Source: Cyanophora paradoxa CCMP329
Lineage: Eukaryota > Plantae > Glaucophyta
Assembly (NCBI GenBank): GCA_004431415.1
Contig: QPMI01000113.1
Coordinates: 1-64,000, forward strand
Reading direction: 5' to 3'
Length of the DNA stretch: 64,000 bases
Position numbers and translations under genes: made by a program. How positions within the stretch are numbered: the first letter of the stretch is position 1; every line of letters begins with the position of its first letter. This document shows positions 25,644-36,443 of the stretch, piece by piece. Under the pieces are notes generated by a model. It made no database searches. It worked only from the letters and a program-made list of their open reading frames with translations, and was not told where the DNA came from.

Positions 25644-26846
25644 CCCTCGCCGGGCCTCGTCCAGCCATCCGACCCGCCAGCCGCAGCCAGGCGTGGTCGG
25701 ACCGCTGGGCGAAGCGATCCGTGGACGGAGGAGCGCGTTTCGGAGGACAGTATTGCGAATCCGCCGCCGCACGTCGACGCCGGACTCGCTAACGGTCGCC
25801 CCGTGCATCCGCAGTCTGCGGGAATCGACTGGCACGCCCCCGTCCCACGCCGGACGCGGAACCGTTGCTAGTGGCATCGGCGACGCTCGGAAACGGTGGA
25901 TCGTCGACCGGACGCGCCCGTCACCGACCGACATCGACCGACCGACCTCGCCCCGCCGCCCGCTTCAGCGCCGCGCACTTCTCGGCCTTTCGAAGGGGGA
26001 GACTCTGCCAAAATTTCCGGCGGATTCAGCCCTTCGACTCGCCGGTGGACCGCCGACGCTCAGCTGCGGACTTACCTCGCGATCACTTCCCCCGCCCCCA
26101 CTTTCTCCCGCCCACGTCTCCGCCGCGCTGCGGACACGTGAACCTCGCCGGAGATCACCGATCGCAGCCGGCCTTCCCGCGTGGAAGCCCGGTCGGCGAT
26201 CCTCCCTCGGCTCCTCGGACCTCCATCTTCGCCGCTTTTCCCGCCCACTCCCGCCCGTCGGCCGACGTCCATACGTCGCCAACATCGATTTCCGCACCCG
26301 TCATTCCTTTCCCCGGCCGCCGTCGCTCGACGACGCCACGCCGTCCGTTACCCGCCGTTCCCGCCCTCTCCCCTCGGCTCTCCCTCGCCTCCGCCTCGCT
26401 ACGGACGCCACGAGCCTCGGCGGAGACCTCAGATCGCAGCCGGCCTTCCCGCGCGGAAGCCCGGCCGGTGATCTACGTGCGGCGCCTCGAACCGCCCCCG
26501 TCGCCCTTTCCCGCCCTCTCCCCTCAGCTCTTCCCTAGCCTCCGCCTCGCTGCGGACGCTACGAGCCCCGGAGGAGATCTTAGCTCGCAGCCGGCCTTCC
26601 CGCGTGGAAGCCCGGCCGGTGATCTACTCGCGGCGCCCCGGCTCTCACCCGACGCCGCCGTCCTCGCCACGCCCGTCCGCTCGCCAGCCGACGCTCGTTC
26701 GTCGCCGGCACCACCTCCCCGTCCGCTTCACTTCGCCCCGGTCCCGGCCGCCGTCGCGCGTCGACGCCGCGCCGGATCCCTCGCCTCCTCGCCTCCGCCT
26801 CTCGGCTCCGCGTCGGTTTCCTCCGTCTCTGCCGCGTGCAGACACG

Positions 26847-29800
26847 ATGGACTCCATGCACTTCGACGACGCGCCGCGCCGGCGCTCGGCGACCAACACC
26901 TTACTTCAAGAGCTGACGGACGTTGCTGCGGTCACCTCCAACGCCTCAGCGGAACGTGAAGCTCTCAACGCGCTGTCCAACACGGAGCGGCCGATCCTCA
27001 TTGACTGCGGCGGCGGCATCTGCATCACCAGTCCGGGCAACCCGCTCACGCCGCAAGGCGTCGCCGCCTGGCGAGACGACGCGCAGCGCGCAATCGACGG
27101 GGACACGAAGCGATACTCCGACGCCGACGACGGCTCGAAGCTCGCACTCGCGGGGGCTACTCTGGCGGCCAAGGCGCTCCCGTCGCAGTACCAGGCCTCC
27201 ATCCACGACATGATCAACCAGACGCGTCAGCTTACCCGTGACCTCGCCAAGGCCAAGGAGGAGCACCGCGACGCGGCTGACGCAGTCACTGACCATGTTC
27301 GGGAGAAGGGCCCGGACGTGGCGGACCGGTCTCGGGACACGCGCGACACACGCCAACGGCTTTTGACTAAACGTGACACAATCAAGCGAACGATTCGGAA
27401 CATCACCTACCAGCTCGAGAGCGACCACTGCATCCGCGGACTCCCGTCACTTGTACGCTGGGTGGCCATCAACATTACGGAACAGGAGCGCTTCCGCACA
27501 CAGACGGTCCTCCTTCAGGCTTACAACGGCTACCCGCTCCCGGAGATGGTCAGCACCGTCGCCAAGATTCTTAGCTTCGTGGGGGCGGGTCTAGTCTGCA
27601 AGCTGGAAGGCCAACCTACACCGATGGAGGTGTATGACGTTATCAAGAAAATGATCGCGGCCCGGGACCTGGAAAGTGGACGTTACCCCCTCGGTGACTA
27701 CCAGCTCGCCAAGATGGATAACTTCAAACAGGCCCGGAGGGCGGCAAAGGAAGTCAAGGATCTGGCGATGAAACACCAGCCGCCGGCTGCCTTGCTCAAC
27801 GACGTGCAGGCGTGCAACGCTGCGGTAGCAAACTTCTTACTTGAAGTCCCGTGGCTACTCCGTACCTTCCCGTGGAAAGACGTCTCCCGCCGCTCCACGA
27901 CTGTCGCTCCGCCAGCCTCGGCCTCTTCTTCTTCCCGCTCCGTCGAGAAAACGACCGCCCGTGCCGCGAGCACGCGCGAACCGTTTGACTCCTTGACCTC
28001 CGTCTCCGACGAGCAGCTGGCCGCCCGTGCCGCGCGCACGCGCGACCAGCGCTCTCACGACCACGACGACGAGGAGGACGTCGACCACGAGCACACCAAG
28101 CCCCGCTCTTCACAGTCGTCCACGTCGTCGCACCAGCACCACCTCGGCTGCTGCGGCGGACAGTACGACAACATGTTCCGCGCAAACTCTGCCTCGGACC
28201 GTGTACTTCAGTTCCAGCTCGGCCAGATCTCGATGGCGCGTCTTCTCAACGAATCGCAGGGCACGGAATTTGAAACTCCGACGACGGACACGATGGCTTA
28301 CGGTGACGCCGACGAGACCGAATACCCGTTCAATTACGCCGACATCGGTTACGTCTACCAGAATGCGACGGCCCCGCAGACCGCCCCTCTCTACCAGGCG
28401 ACGGCTCCCCACCCGCTGGCTCGAGCGCGAACTCGACCCGGCCTCAGACACGGCCCTCCGATCATAACTTCAACCTGCCTCGCCTGCAGACGAAGACGGA
28501 TCTCCTCGCCGGCCTCAACATCCTTCGCCCCGACAAGCCCGTCCGTCCTAACGGTGCACGCTGGCTCTGTGAACGCTGCGTGAGGGCTGGCCTCCCAGAG
28601 GACGCCTGCTGGCATTTTGGCGACGATTACCTCCTCTGCACGACCCACTGGTACCGGTCGGAGCTGCGCAACTTGCCCACCTCCGACCCCATCGTCGCCC
28701 AACTCCACCGTACCCTCGGCTTGACCCCGTCCACCTCGACGCCGACGGGCGTCCCGACCGCTGCGCTACGGACTAAACAGCCTGGCGCTTGCTACCTTTG
28801 CGGGGCCTACGGACACTTGGCGGCACACTGCGAGTGGGTCGACAGGTGTCTCCGCTGCGGACAAAAGGGCCACATCATGAAAGACTGCCCAACCCGAACG
28901 GCGGCGGCCCGGGAGGCCGCGGCGCTGGACGCGGTGGCCCGGAGGCGGTCGTGGCGCCCCTGGAGGCGGCCGCGGCGGCTCTGGTGGTGGCTACGGTGGC
29001 GGACGAGGAGGTGGTGGTGGCGGCGGCCGCGGCGGCGCTCCGACGCAGCCCAGGGCGTCCCCTTCCAGGCCACGACCCGCGCCTCGCGCCCGCCGGTGAC
29101 GATGGGCATCTCCTACACGGCCTGCCCCCCGCCGCCCGTCGCTCCCCTCGACGACGAGCCCATGCCCGACGCCCCGACTGCGCCGTCGCACGACGACGCT
29201 GCAGCCTCGGCCTCGCAGTCGGATCTCGTCTCCTCCTCAACCAACTCCGCGCCGTCGCACGCCGACGCCGCGACCCCAACCCTCCCGACGGCAGTGCCCT
29301 CGCGCGTCGAGGCTGCAGCCGCCGTTCCTGCCCTCCCCGTCGCTGCCACCCGCGTGCCGTCGCACGACGACGCCACCACGGGCACGACTGCGATTACTAC
29401 GACACAGGCCCCCGCTCCCGCCTCCTCTACGAGCACTCACTCGACCGTCGGGACCTCAGGACCTCTGACACCGTCGCGCGCCGACGCTGCCACGACTCCT
29501 ACGGTCCCTGCTGCCTCGACCCGCTTCATCCCGCCCGCCGCCAAGTCAACCGCACCGTCGCCCGTCGACGCTGCGCGGACGACTCCCGGCCTCAAGACGT
29601 CCAAGGAGCTTGCACTCGAGGTGAAAGCACGGCTCAAGGCGGCGCAGGTCCGGATCCAGGAGCAGGCTCATTGGGCGGCGGAGCGTGCCCTGGGCACCCA
29701 CGGCTCCAACGTTGCGGCGGTCCGCGTCTGCCCCGTCAACGTCACTACCGGCGGCCGCTCCCCTCCCCGTCCCCGCTCCGCCCTCAACATCGAGCGCGAG

Positions 29801-30181
29801 GCGCGCGCGGTGCTTGCTGCAACGCAGGCGATGGTCATGGGCTCGACGTCTGCACCCCAGCAGCCCGCTACTTCCAGCAATGCAAGCGGCGCGCCGGCTT
29901 CTTCGACCGCTCCGACGGCCGGCCCTCTCACGCCGGAGCCTGCGCCGTCTAACGTCGACCGCGACCACATTACGCCGGCGCTCCAAGTGTACGGAGCACC
30001 CGTTCCCGGCGCGGAGGACGTTGCGCGCCCGTACCTCGAGCTCCTCGCCTACGCTGCACACGCCAAGCGGCAGGACAATATCAACTACCGTGCCGACGTC
30101 GTCAGCTCTGCTCACTACCCGACGGGCTTCCCGGGAGGCGACTTCCGCACGGTTACGTTCGAGGCCCTCCTCATTGACTGA
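26847..30181 (+). CDS. gag: Gag-like region of the retrotransposon polyprotein (frameshifted in this assembly)
   Basis: ATG 26847. Helical N-terminus, two CX2CX4HX4C knuckles (CYLCGAYGHLAAHC, CLRCGQKGHIMKDC; ~28790-28887), a frameshift-hidden Gly/Arg-rich tract and a Pro/Ala/Thr-rich repeat. Confidence 0.8.
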
Positions 30182-30600
30182 GCGAGGCAAGCGCGGATGG
30201 TGTTGCGGAACGTCGCCATCGTCGAGTCGGAGAGCGCGGGCGGGGGCGCCGGCGTCGAGGGCATCGTGGCCAGCGTTGTTGCGATCGGCGGGTTCGCAGA
30301 AGTCGGGGTCAACGCCGTACCAAGCACCTCTAGGGGCGGCCAGGGTTCCGTGCGGTGCGGCGGCCCCGCGGGACGCTGATTCGTCGTCGCCGTCGTTGGC
30401 ACCGCAGCATTCGGTGGGTCCGATCGCGTCGGAGCCGCGGCAGCGGGGAAGGCGGGGGGGATGTAGATGGGGATGGGGCTGAGGCCGAACTCGCGCGAGA
30501 GAGCAGCGGGATCCAGCGCCGGCAGGTGAGCGAAGGAGGGCGTGCCCGTAAGGTGCATTGCGACCCCCAGAGCAAGCTTCGGGCGGGGCGGCTTCTCAGT

Positions 30601-33600
30601 CAGTCTTCAGCCCTCGACCCCACGCCGAACCGAGGGGTGCGCAAGCTCACCATGTACGATCCAAACCACACGGACACGTGGACACTACTCACGAATGGCA
30701 TTCGCCCGTCTCGCGAAGACGCGCGGACCATCGATTACGTACGGCTGGGGATCAGTGCAAGCAACATGCTTCTTCCGGGCGGCATCATTCACGAGACTCA
30801 CGAACGCCTCGCGGGTACGGATTGGCAACACGTCGTCATTGCCTTCCCGCTCGACGTCCACCTCTACATCGCGGGCATTGCCTTTTTCGTCGCACAGTGG
30901 GGAATTCTTTCCAGCTCCTTCCCCACGCACGTCGTCGATCTCCACCCGGCGTTGCACCGCATGCTGTCAGATTACGTGCACCGGATGCGGGAAACATTGG
31001 GTTTTACTGTCAATGAAACCGGCATCGCCAGCTTGACAGATTACTGGACGAGCGAGTCCAGCACGTGGTCGCCGGCATACCGTATTCCGGCGGGCTCTCT
31101 ACAATCGGCGTTGTCGGCACTTCTCCTCAAGTACATCATCGCTCACAACGCGCGCCTCGTAGTCCCTCGTGACGTGCATCGGAGGGTGAACCGCAACGGC
31201 CCCAACTACAACACCCTGCGGCAGCAGCTGAACGAGTTCAAATCGGCACGCCTGCAGCGCTGGTGGCCGAACGCGTTCACTCTCACGGACGAGCTGCGGG
31301 AGCTATTCAAATCCGAGACGGTCACTGCGGAGCAGGCTGAGAACCTCACGCCAACAGCAGGCTTCGTTGAAGTGGACCGCAACATTATCACGGCCCAAAT
31401 CCGCGACTTCATCGACGTGATGCGCCCTCATGTCGAGAACGCCATGGCGGACGAACTTGACCCGGACACGGACGCCTGGGATCCATTCCTCATTCGCCTC
31501 GGCGCAGTCCTCTACGAGCCGGACCTGCGACTGGAGCTGTCGAACTGGATCACACGGGTCTTTAATTGGCCGAGCTCTCCCTCGACGGAGAACTACGACT
31601 ACAGCAACTCGCTGTACTACACTTACGAGGCGATTCCCCCGCTCCGCTACTCAGACTCCCGACCCGATGATGAGGACTATCGGCGACACTTCCCGCACGT
31701 GTACTACGAGTGCTCGCCCGGTCCTGGTCGCTGGACTTCTCCATTCGATGGTCTAGCCGACGACCACAAGGTCTTCAATCCGCTCAAGTTCGCCCTCCGC
31801 CACAACCCCGCTACTCCTCGAGTGTATGCCATCTACGAGGCGCCGTACGCGGACCGGCTCCCATCCGAGCAGCGGACGGCCGATCTCCCGGCGACGCCGA
31901 CGCGGTGGTCCATGTCCCCGAGCCTCGGGCCCGCGGACGTTGACGGCGCCCCTGCTTCGCCGCCTCTTCATCCGCGTGGCTATCGCATCCTGCGAACCCG
32001 TCGCCGCACTCTGAAGCCTGTGCGCTCGCGGGTGGAAGGCTGGAACGCTACGCGGCGCCTCTACTACGCCCACTCGATCGCCGACGCTCTGCGACAGCAC
32101 ACGAGCTCCACGCCCCCGGACTCGACTTCGGCGGGGTTGACGGCGACGGGTGCGGCAGCGGTCCCCACTGCAACGGTGACGGTCAAGATGGCAACCGTGA
32201 CGGCAGCCGTCGCGCCTGACGACGAGATGTCCAACGCCGACGCAATCTGGGGTTCGGATGACGAGATGCCGACGGCGCCCACGTCTGCGGCAGAGGACCC
32301 GCCTCCGCCTGACGACACTGGCGTGCCTTCCGACCGCCCCACCTCGCCTTTCCCGTGGTACTGCGGTCCTCTCCCGATCCCGCGCAACGGGCTTCTCTTC
32401 GTGGAGACCGCCGACTTCGCGTACTCTCCCTACTCGGCCCAGGGCACGCCGTACTGCTGGATCGAGTTCGCCCTGACGTCACCGGCTCACCAGACGATCA
32501 TCGTGCCACGAGCGTCGCTGTTTGACGACGTGTCCTTCGCTCAGTCCTTCCACATGTACGACTGGAGCCGCCTTTCGCCCTCGCACTGCGTCAACGCTCA
32601 GTACCTGGCCCGTCTCGCTGACGAACTGCGCGACACTCCGGTCGTTCTCAACACCAGCGCGGGCTTGGCTTTGGAGCTGGCACGCTCGCAAGTCATCCTC
32701 ACGCGCCTGGCGTTTGTCATGAACACGCTCGGTCGCCCGGCGTACGACGCGCTCCTGTACTCGTCGCTCGACTGTGTTCACGCTCAGCGTTCGCGTTACT
32801 ACGTCGACATCATCCTACGCGGCGACCGTGGGCTGACCCAGGCCTGGCCGATCCTCATTCAGTACCTGCGGAAAACGGCCCCGTTCTTCCGTTCGAGCCT
32901 GGCGTACGAGACTCTGGGACCGTACATGGACCCTCGAGAGATCACGGTGGCCCAGCTGACGTTGGACCCTGGACTCGAGACGGACGAGGGTGCGGGTGGT
33001 GTCACTTTTGGGACCTTCACGACGGCGCACATCACCTCCTGCAGCAAGCGGAATGGTGCGAGGGGTATTCGCGGCGATCTCTACACCCAGGGCCTGGGCT
33101 ACACGGACACCGGCACCGACTCTGCACGCCCGTCGCCCGCGACAAGCCCGTTCTTCTGGGTGGCGGCTGGACGCCTCCCGCGGACGCACCCACCGAGGCT
33201 TGCCCTCGCTGGCGCGCGCGTCAAGCGTCCCTTCACGCCGGAGTGGCTCCTCAAGCCCGCTCCCTCTTTGGTGAAGGCGATGTGCCGCAAGAAGGTGAAC
33301 ACGGCGAATCTCCAAGCTCCTGACTTACACCCGATGGCAACAGTCTTCAAGGCCACGTCCACGGTCGATCCCCCTCACTTCGCTGCCCTGCAACTCGCGA
33401 CGCACTCTCTCCTGGCGCGACCAGGCGAGCAGTTCGACCCGCACGAGGCGGACTTGTTTCCTTCTTCACCCTCTGGCCTTGCGGTCCGACTGGTCGATCC
33501 GAAGAAGGCTCTTGACAAGCGCCTCGCCGACGCAAGAATCTGCGTTCGTCTTCAAGTTGGCGCGCTCATTCCCGGCCAACGCGTGAAGACGATGCGTACG

Positions 33601-35050
33601 GTTCTCGCACTGGTCGATACGGGTGCGGCAGCGGACGTCATGGACGGCAGCATCGCGGACACGATTGAGGGGCTCCAGTACTCGAATCAGGCTCCAGTAC
33701 TTCTGACGGGCTTCGGCGACAACATGAACGCGTACGCACGCGTCGCCTTCGTCACGTTCAAGATCGGCAACGTCTACATAGCCCGCAAGATCCTTGTAGT
33801 CGCCAAGGGCCTCATGGGCGACACGCCGATGCTTCTCGGTCTCTCAACGCTGACGGCTCTTCGGGCGAGCATCAGTCTGGACACGGCCAACTCGGGCATG
33901 ACGATTCTGCCGCCAGGCGATCACACTGCGACGCCGTACTTCGTTCCTTTTACGCAACGGGCCAGCCCGACGGGGGCACGCTGGTCCGTCTTGCGCAAAC
34001 GGTTACGTTGCCCCCTGGCGAGGCCCTGGTACGATGCCACGTCCCCACGTATGATAAGACGGCGAGTGCGCACGCGCCTCACATGGAGGTCTCACCGCCG
34101 CCGGTCTTCATCTCGGAAACCGGAGATGATAACACTGACGAAGTCGACTTTCTTACACCTTATCAACTCCATCTCAACCCTCACCGACGAACTTGCCTCG
34201 TGGCGGTCCGGAACCCTCACCGCACAGACGTCCGCTTGAAAGCGGGCACCATTGTCGGCGAGGCGGCGTACGGTGACTGGCCGGAGAGCGAGTACGACCC
34301 GCATCCCGACGTCTCGCAGTACCCGCAGGGACGGTACAAGAACTGGAGTCTGGAAGCCCAGCAGACGTTTCCCATCAGGCGTGTCGTCCAGCAGATCTTC
34401 GAGACGGCTCGCCCCGTCACCTTGCTGCGAAGCTGCCAGCCGCGGCGGTTCGCCTCCGTGGCACGCGCCACGTACCCGGAAGCCTTCAGCCATGGCGACA
34501 ACCTCAGCCCCAACCACATCTCGATCACTCACGCCCCGCCACCGAACGGGATCGGGAAGACGCAGCGTCGTTCGTCGAGTCGCTTCTCGCCTATGACGCG
34601 TTCATACGCGACCGCAACTTCATGACCGACGACTACACAGACGAGGAGGTCGAAAGACTGATCGATTTCTTCCTCCCGTACTTCACCGACCCCCAACGGT
34701 TCCGTGGGAGCTTCCGTGAGACTCTCCTACGAATCCGCATCGGACAAGCGTCGATGGCCGATGCAAACGCCATGGATCCCCCTCCACGTTGATGGCGGGT
34801 CCTGCGGCAATGACAGAAGCCGAAATCGACGCTATGGTCGACGGGTTCTGCAAACCCTCTGAGGCTGACCCCGACATTACATCGGACCAACGCTTGACGT
34901 TCCGGAACCTTGTGCGCGAACAAGCCCGATGCTTCGCAAAAGTCCTTGATCCTCGTGACCTCCTCAAGTACACGAACTCGATTCGTCTACTGCCAGGTGT
35001 CAACCCCAAGCGGCTGCCCCTCTACACAGTCCCTCGGCGGCTCTCTCCCC
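30601..35050 (+). CDS. Unassigned ~950-aa region, followed by the aspartic protease and a post-protease spacer
   Basis: Open frame 30355-34239 with ALVDTGAAADVM (~33610) and PMLLGLSTL. Continues via -1 shifts through VAVRNPHRTDVRLKAGTIVG to the RT start. Confidence 0.8.
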
Positions 35051-36443
35051 GGCGGAGAAGGCGGCCAAGGCGACTATCGAACAGCTGCTCAAGGACGGCC
35101 TCATCGAGCCCTCACAGGCTGGATATGGCAGTCCCGTGGTGCTGGCGCCCAAGAAGGACGGCACGATGCGCTTCTGTGTCGACTACCGACGGCTCAACAA
35201 CTTGATCGAAGGCGACGTCTTCCCTCTTCCCCGCATTGATGATCAACTTGAACGTTTGCAAGGCTCCTCCATCTTCAGCGTTGGCGACTGCCTGAGCGGA
35301 TTCTGGCAACTCGGCCTCGAAGAAGCCTCTCGGGACTACACCACCTTTCTCCTGCCATGGGGAGCCTGGAAATGGGTGTGCACCCCCTTCGGTCTCAAGT
35401 CTGCTCCGTCAGCATTCTGCCGGGCGGTCAGTTCAGTGCTCGGGGACCTTCTCTCCACGTGTGTTGTGGCCTACGTCGACGACTTGACTCTGCATTCGCC
35501 GACCGTGGCTCAGCACCTCATCGATCTCGAGGCCTTCTTCGCGGCGCTCGCTCGGGGCAACCTCAAATTGAAACCGAGCAAGTGTCACTTCATGGTCCGC
35601 GAGATCGACCTTCTCGGTCACCGTGTCAGCGCTCAAGGCGTCCGCATGGACACGAAGAAGGTGGAGGTGATCTCCAAGATTACTGAACGAGAACTGCAGA
35701 CCGTCGAGCACATGCGCAGCTTCCTCGGCATGACGGGCTTCTACAGGCGCTTCATCCGCAACTACACGCGACGCGAGCTTCCGCTCCGTGACCTGATTCA
35801 CGCAGCGAAGCTAGCGGACACGACGCAGCTTCAGTGGACGCCAGAAGCCAGCGAAGCACTCGCAGACCTCAAAAAGGTCATGTGCGACGACATCGTGCTC
35901 ATGCTCCCCGACTTTTCCAAGCCGTTTATCATCTACACGGATTGGAGCTTGCGAGCAATGGGCGCGGCGCTCATGCAGACCGACTCTGACGGTCGAGAAC
36001 GACCAATCGCCTTCATCAGCCGAACCCTGACGGCCACGGAGGCGAGGTACAGCTCCCCGACGGAAGGCGAATGCATCGCGGTCATGTGGGCCGTCAAGAC
36101 GTGGCGACACTACTTCGACTGCGGGCACCCGTTTACCATCCGCACGGACCACTCGCCTCTGCAGTGGTTGAAGTCGCAGGAACTCCTGGCGAACAAGGCG
36201 CTTTCACGCGCGGCACTCGTCATGCAAGGCTTCAACTACACGATCGAGTACAGGCCGGGCTCGACCAACGTTGTCGCCGACTTCGAGTCGCGCATGGCTC
36301 GTACGCATCCGATCTACGAGCCTGGAGCGGCGGACGGATCGGACCTCACTACCGACCTGCCCAACGGGGCTCACGGACACTCGGTACCCCGCAGCGGCGA
36401 TCCCGACGACCCGACGGAGATCTACGGCACGCTCGTCCCGTGA
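35051..36443 (+). CDS. pol: Reverse transcriptase and RNase H
   Basis: SPVVLAPKKDGTMRFCVDYRRLN, TPFGLKSAP, AYVDD, LLGH, RSFLGMTGFYRRFI. RNase H: YTDWS...EC...RTDH...VADFESR. Confidence 0.95.
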
